A DNA stretch of 64,000 nucleotides from Rhodothermales bacterium (GCA_951812585.1 OX638318.1:2978810-3042809); one strand, 5' to 3'. Positions 30,717-40,962 are shown, numbered from the stretch's first letter. Made by a program: numbers and translations. Notes: generated from the sequence alone by a model not told the origin.

Positions 30717-31671
30717 TCGGACCAGCGTACGTGCGCGGCGCATCTGGGTAGAGTGCGCGCACCCATTCGTCGTAGCCGTTAAAGATCTGGGTCGGAATGC
30801 GTTCTTCCACACCGTCGGTGGACAGGAAACGCTCCGTTGCCTGACTCCAGCGCGGATGCGGTATGTTCGGATTCACGTTGGAGAGGAAGCCGTATTCTCG
30901 CGGCTGGAGCTTGTTCCAGAAGGTTTCGGGTTGCTGCCGCGTAAACTCAATGCGCACCACCGCCTTCGGGCCCTTGTATCCGTATTTCCAGGGCAAGACC
31001 AAGCGCAGCGGCGAGCCGTTCTGCTTAGGCAGTGGTTCGCCGTAGAGGCCTGTGGCCACGAAGGCTAGTTCGTTCATCGCTTCGTCCATGCGCAAGCCTT
31101 CGAAGTAGGGCCAAGGATACCATGTGGCCTTCGCTTGGCCGGGCAGCTGTTCCGGCCGGTTGACGCAGATGAACTTTACGAAGCGGGCACTATTGCGAGG
31201 CTCGCAGCGTGCAACAAGGTCCGCCAGAGGGAAGCCCGTCCATGGCACGGTCATGGACCATGCTTCTACGCAACGAAATCGATACAGGCGCTCCTCCAGA
31301 TCAGCGGATCGAATCAGGTCCGCGATGTCCAGCGTCTGCTTCTTGGCCAATCCCCCAATCTCAATTGTGCCTGGGAACGGCTCATATTGCTCGGTATGCG
31401 GCCAGACGTTCTTCAGGTCGCCTTGATTGATGAACTCGTAGAAGTTGTTGTAGGACGACGCGACGATCCGATCAGTAACGATGCGCTCCGGCACATCGAA
31501 GGCCGCATTGCGCGGGGCCGGATACCCGTCGCGCGGCGCATTGTCCGGTATCGTGTCCAGCGGACCGTCCGGATCGGAGGCGCTGTGGGCCGCTTGTGAG
31601 CATCCAAGCGCAAGCGTGGAGAGTCCAATAGTGCCTAGCCCAAGCGACTTCACGAACTCGCGCCGCTTCAT
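30706..31671 (-). CDS. msrP: Protein-methionine-sulfoxide reductase catalytic subunit MsrP (YedY-type molybdoenzyme)
   Basis: Tat-like signal MKRREFVKSLGLGTIGLS, then YNNFYEF, RFRCVEAWSM.VPWTGFPL, LVLPWKYGYKG and HPRWSQATERF. ATG 31671 is preferred to the extended track ORF (31740). Confidence 0.9.
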   Translation of the reverse strand: MKRREFVKSLGLGTIGLSTLALGCSQAAHSASDPDGPLDTIPDNAPRDGYPAPRNAAFDVPERIVTDRIVASSYNNFYEFINQGDLKNVWPHTEQYEPFPGTIEIGGLAKKQTLDIADLIRSADLEERLYRFRCVEAWSMTVPWTGFPLADLVARCEPRNSARFVKFICVNRPEQLPGQAKATWYPWPYFEGLRMDEAMNELAFVATGLYGEPLPKQNGSPLRLVLPWKYGYKGPKAVVRIEFTRQQPETFWNKLQPREYGFLSNVNPNIPHPRWSQATERFLSTDGVEERIPTQIFNGYDEWVRALYPDAPRTYAGPIIR

Positions 31672-31813
31672 GTATGCTGCACGGGCGGTCGCGTGGTTTT
31701 CCTTAAGTTGCCAGCTTGGATAGAGGATGATGTTTGTCATGGGGCTCGGATGTAGGGCAACATGAAAAACCTTTGTACTTGGCGATCATAGGTTCGTTCA
31801 GCAGGGGCAGATC

Positions 31814-32542
31814 ATGGTTTCCAACGCAGTGATCATGCAGGATGCACAGGCCTTCAACTTTGATGGCGACTACGGGGAGATCTACGAGGATCTTGCGCAC
31901 AAGGTCATACCGGGCTACGATACGCTGTTTCCGGCTACGCTGGCGCTGATGATGGAGCGTATCGGGATGTACGCCCATGTATTGGTTGTGGGTTGCGGCA
32001 CCGGGCGGGAAATCAGCGTGTTTGCGCCGCATGCTCCTGGCTGGCGAATCACTGCGGTCGATCCGGCCATCGAAATGGTCCGATTCACGGAAGAAGTCGC
32101 GGCCCGGCTCGGCGTTCAGGTCCAAACGGATGTTCGCCATGGCTATGTCCATGAGCTGTCGGCAAGCGCGCAGTTTGATGGCGCGACCGTGATCAATGTT
32201 ATGCACTTTCTGCGGGATGATGGTGCCAAGGATCAGCTGATGCAAAGCGTGGCCGCGCGGATTCGGCCTGGTGGAACAGTAGCCCTGTTTGACTTGCACG
32301 GTGACCGAAAGGCACCGTATTTCAGCTTATTCTACGAGGCTTGGAAGCGTTACATGACGCTGCGCGGCTACGAAGACATGGCCAAGGAAAGCCTGCTGGA
32401 GCGTTTGGCTGCCGGCATCGCGTACGTTTCCGAAGCGCGCATAATGGAAATCTGCGCGCATGCGGGCCTTCAACTGGTGCGGAAGTACTGGAGCGGCCTG
32501 CTCTATGGTGGCTGGCTCTTGGAGCGCGCAAGGGCCGCATAG
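31814..32542 (+). CDS. Class I SAM-dependent methyltransferase
   Basis: SAM-binding motif I, VLVVGCGTGREI. Confidence 0.75.
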   Translation: MVSNAVIMQDAQAFNFDGDYGEIYEDLAHKVIPGYDTLFPATLALMMERIGMYAHVLVVGCGTGREISVFAPHAPGWRITAVDPAIEMVRFTEEVAARLGVQVQTDVRHGYVHELSASAQFDGATVINVMHFLRDDGAKDQLMQSVAARIRPGGTVALFDLHGDRKAPYFSLFYEAWKRYMTLRGYEDMAKESLLERLAAGIAYVSEARIMEICAHAGLQLVRKYWSGLLYGGWLLERARAA

Positions 32543-32729
32543 CGCGCCCTGTGCAGATCATCAGGGCACCCGGCATCGCGCTTTCAGACGATCTCAAAAG
32601 ACAAGCGCGATGCATATCCCCACGCGGAGCAGCAGGGTACAGCAGTTCGATGCGGCCCGTTCGCCCCTTGTGTGCAAAGGACATCCGCAGTATATTCATG
32701 CGTTCCTCTAACTCACAATGGTGATGACT

Positions 32730-33128
32730 ATGAATAAAGCACTGGGCGGAATCCACATCCTTATCGCAGCGGTCGTTGCGCTGTATTACCTGTTCGGAAT
32801 CTTCCTTGGCGATGGCATGGACCACTCGCTTTGGCCTGTGCTGAACTGGTTTATGGCCGTGGCAACGATCTTGTCCTTCTACTTTGCCTACACATGGAAG
32901 AAGGGATTGGGCGAGGATGCCAGTACCAAGGACTTTATCTCAGCCAAGATATTGTACCTGGGTGCTGCACTGTTGGTGCTCTGGTTTTTCCCATCCTGGT
33001 TCAGCGAAATGGTCGGGAACGGCAATGATGCGGCCATGGCAATCGGTGAGCACTTTTGGAGTTTTGTTGATCCGCTGTTCATCTTGGTGGTCTGCTGCGT
33101 GGGCTGCAAACTCTGGAACGAGGGATAG
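32730..33128 (+). CDS. Small multi-pass membrane protein (paralog A)
   Basis: MNKALGGIHILIAAVVALYYLFGIFLGDG...; 132 aa with about 4 hydrophobic segments. The N-terminus is paralogous to 34235..34582. Confidence 0.6.
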   Translation: MNKALGGIHILIAAVVALYYLFGIFLGDGMDHSLWPVLNWFMAVATILSFYFAYTWKKGLGEDASTKDFISAKILYLGAALLVLWFFPSWFSEMVGNGNDAAMAIGEHFWSFVDPLFILVVCCVGCKLWNEG

Positions 33129-34167
33129 GCCGGCTGCCCATCAGCTCGATCAGCGGCGTTATTGTCGGCAGCTGCTTCGCAGTCGGGCATAGCGGCCTCG
33201 GGCCAGACGTGGTATATTCGCGCGCTGATGCCAATGCTGTGCGCACGGCGGCGTGCAGTGTTCGAAGGCGTGGTAACGCGCCAACCGTGCACGAAACGGT
33301 CCGCTCAAGCACAGAAGGGCTTCGGCTGCAAAGCAGCACGCGTGAAGCATGGCGGGAGACGGCTAAATCCCGTGCACCTGCGGCTACTTGGCTTGTCAGG
33401 CTGGTGCTGCGACTGTAGCCGTTGATGCGGCAAGCGGTGCACTGGTCCAGATGCGTTGGGCTACATGCCACCGCATCTGTGCCCTGTGTGGCACGGATGC
33501 CGTGCAGTTTGCGCGTATCGCGTACAGACCACGGTCGATCGCCGGGTCGTCTTTTGGATCTCTGAGTCAGGTGCTCCGTGTGGCTGATGGCCGCAGCATT
33601 GACTCAGTTGTGGTTCAGCGTGGCGCGCGTTCCACGAGTCCGGTCATCTTTCCCCAACGAGTCGGCAATTAGCGCACCGTTAGGCTCCACGCAGCTGGAA
33701 TACTCCAATCCTTTGTGGGCGGCACAACGGATGCACCACGGCTTCCACCGCTTGGGCCCGGTCTGCGCCTGAAGCGCCGTGCGCTGCGCCGCCAAGCTTC
33801 ATTCGTGATCGGCCACGAGCGGCGTCGAATGGCACAGACTCGGCCCGCCAGCTCCAACACCGGATCCACCGGGGCACGCGGGCGCGCCCGCGTAGACCTC
33901 CGATGTGCAAAGGTCCGGTACCCGGGCCGATGGGTGCACACCGAATGCCTCACACGTCAGCGGTATCATTTGATGCTGACAGCATGCCGGACGCGCTGGA
34001 CTGTGCGGGCGGGCGCGTCCAGCCCGGCGCATGGGCGTCGTATCCACATAAATCTGCGTTCCAGGCATGGCTGCATACAGTACTGCGCCGCGCCCCGGTG
34101 CTTGCGGCCGGCGGCACACCAGCATCCGCCGGATGGTACGCAGTGCAAAAAAATGTACGCGTAGCCC

Positions 34168-34198
34168 TTGCGCAGCCTAACTGAAATTGTTAAGTTTA
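34168..34198 (+). promoter_or_regulatory. Possible Bacteroidota-type promoter (TTG ... TAnnTTT) for paralog B
   Basis: TTG at 34168-34170 and TAAGTTTA at 34191-34198, 20 nt apart, in the only AT-rich stretch upstream of ATG 34235. The match to the TTG/TAnnTTTG consensus is imperfect. Confidence 0.25.
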
Positions 34199-34234
34199 CA
34201 TGAATCCTGTTCCACTAACCATTGAACCACTCTT

Positions 34235-34582
34235 ATGAACAAAGCATTCGGTCACATCCACACCGTCGTGGCGCTAGTCGTGCTGCTGTACTACTGCCTT
34301 GGCTCTCTTCTGGGTGATTTTGGCAGCGATTACTGGGATATAATGAGCTGGGCCATACTCATTACGACAGTGATAGCGGTTTACTTCGGGTACCAGCATC
34401 GCGATGACATGGGCTCTGGCCACTATACAGCTCTGCTATGCATGGCTTTTCTGGTCGTCCATCAAGGCCTTGCAGGGATCGGCGAGGGAGGATTTTTTGA
34501 TGGTGGCACGCTCTCGCATATCACCATTGTGCTGTACATAGTCTACAGCCTCGATATAGGGAAACGGCTCAAGGCTGCGTAA
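34235..34582 (+). CDS. Small multi-pass membrane protein (paralog B)
   Basis: MNKAFGHIHTVVALVVLLYYCLGSLLGDFG...; 115 aa. It shares the MNKA.G.IH....A.VV.LYY..G..LGD start with paralog A. Confidence 0.6.
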   Translation: MNKAFGHIHTVVALVVLLYYCLGSLLGDFGSDYWDIMSWAILITTVIAVYFGYQHRDDMGSGHYTALLCMAFLVVHQGLAGIGEGGFFDGGTLSHITIVLYIVYSLDIGKRLKAA

Positions 34583-35206
34583 TATTGCGCGACCACGCTA
34601 GAGCGGCTGCATGGACTTCGGTCGGCGCGGCTGCCTTGGCTTGGGGCTGTTGCGCGTGGACCCATCACATGCCTCTGCCAGGTGCTTCGTAGCGTTAGCG
34701 CTGCGGATCTGAGCAAAAGGCCAAAAGGCCGCTGGTGGGCGTGGCGTACTTGATTGGCGTGGACTCCAATGCCAAGTCCCTGTAGTCGCAATAGCGTGGT
34801 GCCGAAAAAAGCGCGCGCCGGCTAACGTCTGGCAGCCGTGCCCTGGGGCATTTTCAAGATACGGCCCTCCGCCGAGCGTGGCGAATCCGCACCAGTGCGT
34901 ATTGGGAGCCGCTGGGCCGGCACTATTCCCATTATACCTTTTAGGGCACGGCGCGCTGCTATGTCGCTTTGCACCTGCGCTGTTGGGTGCGGGTCGCTTG
35001 CTGCTTCGAGGGAGGCATTGGTGCCTGCGCAGCACTGGATTAGCGGCCAGACCAACAACCAAGTGTTTGGCGGTCCCGATGGTGCTGCGCGGCTTGTGTG
35101 TAGTGGAAGTCCGCCTGCGTATGCTGCGCCTGCAGCCTAGTCGTTTGCAGCGCGCACAGCAGGCAAGGCTGGCCTCGTGTGCCGTGGCAGAGCTGCGACT
35201 GGCACG

Positions 35207-36490
35207 TCAGGGGACAGGGTAGACCCAGGGCGCACGGTATGGGCGGCGCAAGAGGGAAGTAGCCTCCGGGTCGCCCAAGATGGTGCCGCGCGCACCATCC
35301 CAATCAAGGCTGCGCCCAGTCTTTAGTGAGATCATCGCCAGCAGGCACATGCTGGTGGCATGGTAGCCATGCTGGATGTCGCACGCTGGGCGTGTACCAC
35401 GTTCGATGGCGCGCGTAAAATCATCCCAAAGGGCCCGGATACTCTGGTCGTCCGGCTGGTCTAGCAGCGCGTCTTCGTGCAGAACGGGATCGGTAGTCCT
35501 CGAAGGATAGAACGTCCAGCCATCGCGCCACCCAAGGTGCAACGTGCCTTTGGTGCCGTAGAAGTAGCAGCCAATGTTGGTCTTTTCAGCTTGGTTGGCT
35601 GCGTACAGGCGGTGCTCCCAAGTGACCGTGAAGGTCTCGAAGGTGAAGGTCGCAACCTGGGTGTCCGGCGCATCCGTGCCATCCACCTTGATGTGACGGC
35701 CGCCGGTAGAAAATACTGTCTTGGGGTGCTGCTCTTCGGACCACCACAAGATCTGGTCTAACCAGTGAATACCCCAATCGCCTAACTGACCATTGGCATA
35801 GTCCAGGTACTGCCTAAATCCCCGCGGATGAATACGTGGATTGAATGGCCGCAGCGGCGCGGGGCCGCACCACATATTCCAGTTAAGTCCTGGCGGCGCG
35901 TCCGCATCGGGTGTAAGCGTTCCCGGGCCACCGCCGTAGTGCACAAAGGCGCGGACCATGCCAATCTTGCCCACAGAACCCGTGCGCAGGAACGCCATCG
36001 CGGAAATATTGTGCGGCGATACCCTGCGGTGGGTGCCCACCTGCACCACGCGCTCGTAGGTTCGGGCGGCAGAAAGAATGGCCCTCCCTTCGTCGTGGGT
36101 ATGGCTAACGGGTTTTTCCAAGTACACATGGGCACCGCTTTTGATGGCTGCAATAGCACCGAGCGCATGCCAGTGGTCCGGCGTTGCGATGATGACAATC
36201 TCCGGACGCGCAGCTTCGAGGAGTGCACGATAGTCTTCGTAGCCCTGCGGACGCGTGCCCGTGAGCATGTCTATCTCATCCTGCGCTGCGCGGAGATGGC
36301 GCTGATCCACATCGCACAGTCCAACAACGCGCGCCGATCCTGCTGCCAGCGCCGTGCGTAGGATGTTCATACCCCACCAGCCCGCGCCGATCAAAGCCAC
36401 GCGATAGGGCTGTTTGCGCGAGGTCAGCCTTAGCAGCGGAGCCATACCAAGCCCCGCCGCCGCAGTGCCGATAAAGGCGCGCCGGTGCAT
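35207..36490 (-). CDS. Gfo/Idh/MocA-family oxidoreductase with a Tat-type signal
   Basis: MHRRAFIGTAAAGLGMAP (twin-Arg signal), a Rossmann motif VALIGAGWWG and EKP in YLEKPVSH. Confidence 0.82.
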   Translation of the reverse strand: MHRRAFIGTAAAGLGMAPLLRLTSRKQPYRVALIGAGWWGMNILRTALAAGSARVVGLCDVDQRHLRAAQDEIDMLTGTRPQGYEDYRALLEAARPEIVIIATPDHWHALGAIAAIKSGAHVYLEKPVSHTHDEGRAILSAARTYERVVQVGTHRRVSPHNISAMAFLRTGSVGKIGMVRAFVHYGGGPGTLTPDADAPPGLNWNMWCGPAPLRPFNPRIHPRGFRQYLDYANGQLGDWGIHWLDQILWWSEEQHPKTVFSTGGRHIKVDGTDAPDTQVATFTFETFTVTWEHRLYAANQAEKTNIGCYFYGTKGTLHLGWRDGWTFYPSRTTDPVLHEDALLDQPDDQSIRALWDDFTRAIERGTRPACDIQHGYHATSMCLLAMISLKTGRSLDWDGARGTILGDPEATSLLRRPYRAPWVYPVP

Positions 36491-37792
36491 CTACTGTGCC
36501 TCGCTGTCCCAGTCCTGGACGCTGGAAATGTTGGGTACACCGTAGTGGGTGCCATCCCAGCCATCAAAGCCGTCCATGCGAAAGATCCAGAAGCCCGTGG
36601 TCATGTCGGACACCCCAATGAGGCCATCTTCATTGCGCACATCCACGCCGAAGGCACCGTTGATGACCGAGATCCACTCGTGGGTGGGCGGCCCAATGTA
36701 CGTGTCGTAGTAGCCCACGGTGGTCGGATTGTGCGGATCCTCCAGGCTGAATATCTGTAGCCCGTCCAAGTAGCCCGACACAAACACATACGGCCAGCGG
36801 ACCTCATGGTTATGAACCAGGTTCTTCCAGTCGGCAGTCCAGGCAGAGATGGGCTTGCGAATGACGGTGTGCTCGCCCTTGAGTGCAGGCTCCAAGTCAA
36901 AGATGCGAAGCGGAGCATATTGATATTCAGCCTCGGCCACGACGTACCGCCCATCAGGGCTGGGTGTAAAGGTGTGGCCCCAATCCACGCCTGAGATGCC
37001 CACCAGCGAAATCTTCAGCTCTGGATTTTCCAGATCCGTGATGTCATAGACATAATAGCCGCCGGTTCCACCTCCGTAGAAGCGATCTTCGCCCGTATCA
37101 GGGTGCCGCGCAGCATAAAGGTCGTGATAGGATGTGGTGCGCGAAGAACGGCCAGATACCGCCGGAACCGGCACCTCTCCTACCAGTGCGCCGTCTACGT
37201 TGCCGGAGATGACCTCGACAAGGTCGTAGAGGTGGGCCTTGCCCGTGCGTACGGTGGCCATCAGCAGCGGCCGGCCGCTGGAATGCTTGTAGATAAAGAT
37301 GTTATGGAATCCGCCCGGGTACTCCGGGAGGTGGATGCGAGTTACCTCCTTCACGGCGTCGGGATCGGGCAGGCCGGTAACGTCGAATACAACAGCACCA
37401 AGGTCGCTGTTAGGCCCTTGTGCGAATTCAAACGACTGTACCACATAATAGCGGTCCAGCCACTTGAAGTACTTCACGTCCATACCGCCGCGGTTCATGT
37501 GCAGGTCCTGATTCTCCAGGCGCCACCGCAAGAGCACTTGGGGCGCCGCGGGGTTGCTGAGGTCAATGATGTCCATGCCCTTCGGTCCCTCTTCGAGTAT
37601 CGAAGCCCGACCTACGTAGGCGTACGGGCGGTGCAGCTCCTGCTCCAGCTCCATGTCAGTGACGGTCATCCTACCGCCCAGCGGCACATGGCCGACCACG
37701 GTGATGTTTTCTGATCCAGGGTTTTCAGGCGTCCACTGAGCCTGTACGTGTGGCACCAGAAGCAGCGCCAAGATGGTGGTGAACGTACGCAT
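36491..37792 (-). CDS. Secreted beta-propeller protein with LVIVD-like repeats
   Basis: Signal MRTFTTILALLLVPHVQAQ from ATG 37792. Recurrent motifs MDIIDLSNPAAP, VVFDVTGLPDP, YVYDITDLENP, LRIFDL and LQIFSLEDPHNP. Its stop directly abuts the next ATG. Confidence 0.6.
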   Translation of the reverse strand: MRTFTTILALLLVPHVQAQWTPENPGSENITVVGHVPLGGRMTVTDMELEQELHRPYAYVGRASILEEGPKGMDIIDLSNPAAPQVLLRWRLENQDLHMNRGGMDVKYFKWLDRYYVVQSFEFAQGPNSDLGAVVFDVTGLPDPDAVKEVTRIHLPEYPGGFHNIFIYKHSSGRPLLMATVRTGKAHLYDLVEVISGNVDGALVGEVPVPAVSGRSSRTTSYHDLYAARHPDTGEDRFYGGGTGGYYVYDITDLENPELKISLVGISGVDWGHTFTPSPDGRYVVAEAEYQYAPLRIFDLEPALKGEHTVIRKPISAWTADWKNLVHNHEVRWPYVFVSGYLDGLQIFSLEDPHNPTTVGYYDTYIGPPTHEWISVINGAFGVDVRNEDGLIGVSDMTTGFWIFRMDGFDGWDGTHYGVPNISSVQDWDSEAQ

Positions 37793-37839
37793 GGATTTTT
37801 GGCTTTGTTCAGCTAGGCCAAAGATACACGCTCCAGCAC

Positions 37840-38508
37840 TCAGCTGTACGGGTAACGCCGGGTCAGTCGAGCCGGTGGAGCTCCCAGCCTGTAAAGGACC
37901 CACAAGGTGGCATTCAATAGCTGTTGCCGGAGGATGCCGTTTTGAAGTAGTCTTCTGGACGCGGTGGTGACGACCGGTCTCAGGAACCGGAAGCTACCGC
38001 GGCGGTGCAGCTGCCGCACCAGGTGCAGATCTTCGAAGATCGGGATGTCGGCGAATCCGCCAACCTCCCTCATCGTGCTGGCGCGCACAAAGACCGAACG
38101 GTCACCAAAGCAGAGCGAGGGCAGATTGCGGTTTGCGCACCATGCAAAGAGTCTGAGCAGCCAATGGTTGCGATCAAAGCGCATTCTGAACGTGCCCGAC
38201 TCCACCGCCCGGTTAGTCAGCACGCGCCGAATCTGCACCAGGGCATCCTTGGGCAGCAGCGTATCTGAATGCACAAACAGTAGCACGTCACCCGATGCTG
38301 CCCGCCATCCCGCGTTCATCTGCGATGCGCGCCCGCGCGGCGCTTCGAGGACGGTGGCATGCACGGCGGCACGTGCCAGTGTGTCGTCCGACGAGCGACC
38401 ATCCACAACCAGGATCTCCAGCGGTCCCGGTTGGCACGCGATGGAAGCCAGCGTCGCGCCAATGCTGGCCGACTCGTTGTAGACTGGAATAACGACGGAG
38501 ACCTTCAC
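37840..38508 (-). CDS. Glycosyltransferase family 2 protein
   Basis: [14 protein letters not shown] and [11 protein letters not shown] are GT2 N-terminal motifs. GTG start. Confidence 0.8.
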   Translation of the reverse strand: MKVSVVIPVYNESASIGATLASIACQPGPLEILVVDGRSSDDTLARAAVHATVLEAPRGRASQMNAGWRAASGDVLLFVHSDTLLPKDALVQIRRVLTNRAVESGTFRMRFDRNHWLLRLFAWCANRNLPSLCFGDRSVFVRASTMREVGGFADIPIFEDLHLVRQLHRRGSFRFLRPVVTTASRRLLQNGILRQQLLNATLWVLYRLGAPPARLTRRYPYS

Positions 38509-38530
38509 CTGCGCGTTGGATGCCCATGCG

Positions 38531-39730
38531 TCAAGTCCGGTCCGTCAGCGCGGCTACGCCAGGCAATGTCTTGCCTTCCAGAAAGTCCAGCATAGCCCCG
38601 CCGCCGGTGCATACGTGCGTCACCTGATCGGCCAGTCCCGCCTGCGTGATGGCGGCGACGGAGTCGCCACCGCCGACCACGGTCGTTGCGCCGCGCCGGG
38701 TCGCATCTGCGAGCGTACGCGCCATGGCATTGGTGCCGTGCGCAAATGCGTCAACCTCAAAAACACCCATCGGGCCGTTCCATATTACAGTCCGGGCTTC
38801 AAGGATCGCTTTGCGGTAAGCGGTAATGGTGTCGGGACCAATGTCAAGACCCGCCTGGCCATCAGGAATATCGCCGGTGTACAACGCCCGGCCTTGGATG
38901 TCGCTGATTCCTGTGCTGGTAATGTGGTCCACCGGCAACCGAAGTTTGCCGCGGGCTGCGCGGTAGATGCCCAAGGCGTTTTCTAAGCGGTCGTGTTCCA
39001 CCAATGAGCGACCCGTAGCACGTCCCAGCGCCTTCAGGAACGTATAGCTCATGGCGCCGCCGACCAGGATGGTGTCTACAATGCCCGCCAGATTAGTCAA
39101 TACGCCGATCTTGTCTGACACTTTCGCACCGCCGACCAGGGCTGCCACCGGACGCAATGGCGACTCTGTGATGCGTCTCAGCTGCGAAAGCTCATGGTCC
39201 AGGAGGTAGCCAGCGGCGGCCTGTGGCACACGTGACGCAACCCCCACATTCGAAGCATGGGCGCGGTGCGCCGTGCCGAAAGCATCATTAACAAACATAT
39301 CGCCCAGTGCAGCCAAAGACGCTGCAAAGTCCGCGTGATTGGCCGTCTCGCCCCGATGAAACCGCGTGTTTTCGAGCAGCAGCACACCGCCCGCGGCAAG
39401 GGCGTCCACGGCACGCACTGCGGAAGGTCCTACCGTGGCACGCACAAAGCAGACGGGTGCGCCTAACTGCGCCTGCAGATAGTTGGCGACGGGCGCAAGG
39501 CTGAGGTCGGCTCTGACAGCGCCTTTGGGGCGTCCCAGATGGCTCAGGAGGATAGCCTTGCCGCCCGCGCGTTGGATCGCACGTATTGTGGGCAATGCCG
39601 CGCGCACGCGCGTGCCGTCCGCAACCGATCTTGTGCCATCAGCATGCTGACGGAGCGGCACGTTGAAGTCCACACGCACCAGGACCCGCTTGCCGTCGAG
39701 CGACAATTCATCCAAACGGAGCTTCTGCAT
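38531..39730 (-). CDS. pgk: Phosphoglycerate kinase
   Basis: [22 protein letters not shown] and GGGDS motifs. ATG 39730 is preceded by GGAG; the track start at 39742 is TTG. Confidence 0.95.
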   Translation of the reverse strand: MQKLRLDELSLDGKRVLVRVDFNVPLRQHADGTRSVADGTRVRAALPTIRAIQRAGGKAILLSHLGRPKGAVRADLSLAPVANYLQAQLGAPVCFVRATVGPSAVRAVDALAAGGVLLLENTRFHRGETANHADFAASLAALGDMFVNDAFGTAHRAHASNVGVASRVPQAAAGYLLDHELSQLRRITESPLRPVAALVGGAKVSDKIGVLTNLAGIVDTILVGGAMSYTFLKALGRATGRSLVEHDRLENALGIYRAARGKLRLPVDHITSTGISDIQGRALYTGDIPDGQAGLDIGPDTITAYRKAILEARTVIWNGPMGVFEVDAFAHGTNAMARTLADATRRGATTVVGGGDSVAAITQAGLADQVTHVCTGGGAMLDFLEGKTLPGVAALTDRT

Positions 39731-39754
39731 CCGACGCTCCAATCCGCTGCGCGC

Positions 39755-40768
39755 CTACGCGCTGAGAGACATGAGCTTGGCCGCTATTTCCACGGTCCGG
39801 TTCGCGTAGCCCCATTCGTTGTCATACCAGCCCAGGACCTTGACCGTCGTGCCGCTTACCATCGTGGCAAGGCTGTCGAATATTACTGAGTGCGGGTTGT
39901 GGATAATATCCACGGAGACCAGCGGATCTTCCGAGTACTCCACAATGCCTGCTAGCGAGTTTTCGGAAGCTGTCTTGAAGGCTGCATTCACGCGGTCGCG
40001 CGTTGTGGGTCGGCTGACTTCAGCAGTCAGGTCGGTAAGCGAGCCATCGGGGATCGGTACGCGCAGCGCCATGCCATCCAACCGCCCCTGGAGGTGCGGA
40101 AGAACAAGGCCTACGGCTTTCGCCGCGCCGGTCGAGGTCGGCACGATCGAATAGGCTGCAGCGCGCGCGCGGCGCAAGTCGCGGTGCGGTGCATCTTGGA
40201 TGCGCTGGTCGCTGGTATAGGCATGCACGGTGGTCATGAGGCCGCTTTCCAAGCCGAAAGCGTTATCGAGCACCTTGACCATAGGGGCCAGACAATTGGT
40301 TGTGCAGCTCGCATTGGAGATAATTTCTTCCGAGCCGGTCAGCACATGGTCGTTGACGCCCAGAACCACCGTAGCATCCACTGTATCCTTGGCAGGAGCG
40401 GAGATGATGACCTTCTTTGCACCGGCGTCCAGATGATTTTTTGCAGCAGCACGAGAGCGAAAAAAGCCGGTGGACTCCACAACGACATCTACGTCCAGGT
40501 CTCTCCAGGGCAGATTAGCGGGGTTCCGCTCTGACAAAACGGGGAAGCGCAGCGAACCATCCAGCACAAGGTGCCCGTCTCGGGCTTCGACCGTGCCCGT
40601 ATAGGTGCCATGCACAGAATCGCGCTTGAACAGGTGCGCTAGCGTTGCTGCATCGGTTAGGTCATTGATCGCGGCAATTTCGAACTTGTCGGGGTGTCGC
40701 TCCAGAATGGCGCGAAGCACAAGGCGGCCAATGCGGCCAAAACCATTGATTGCGAGTCTGATAGCCAT
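39755..40768 (-). CDS. gap: Type I glyceraldehyde-3-phosphate dehydrogenase
   Basis: MAIRLAINGFGRIGRL, the SNASCTTNCLAP active site and WYDNEWGY. ATG 40768 is preferred to the extended track ORF (40879). Confidence 0.96.
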   Translation of the reverse strand: MAIRLAINGFGRIGRLVLRAILERHPDKFEIAAINDLTDAATLAHLFKRDSVHGTYTGTVEARDGHLVLDGSLRFPVLSERNPANLPWRDLDVDVVVESTGFFRSRAAAKNHLDAGAKKVIISAPAKDTVDATVVLGVNDHVLTGSEEIISNASCTTNCLAPMVKVLDNAFGLESGLMTTVHAYTSDQRIQDAPHRDLRRARAAAYSIVPTSTGAAKAVGLVLPHLQGRLDGMALRVPIPDGSLTDLTAEVSRPTTRDRVNAAFKTASENSLAGIVEYSEDPLVSVDIIHNPHSVIFDSLATMVSGTTVKVLGWYDNEWGYANRTVEIAAKLMSLSA

Positions 40769-40962
40769 GAACAAGTTATTGAATGCGGTATACTGAAACG
40801 CCTTCGGTTGCGCGCTGATCCATGGCTTATCCATGAAGCCAAGGAGCATGCACGATAATGACCGCGCTTCCAGCAACATGAGGGAAACGATCCGCGCCTA
40901 AGCTGTTTAATGTGCTGCGCAAGCGTAAGGCACCTGAATCACGGCAATGATGTGTACAGTTC

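Noticed and set aside
35105-35115. GGAAGTCCGCC resembling the RNase P RNA GGAAAGTCCGGGC core
   Set aside because: The match is imperfect, and none of the other conserved RNase P elements occur in the flanking 400 nt.
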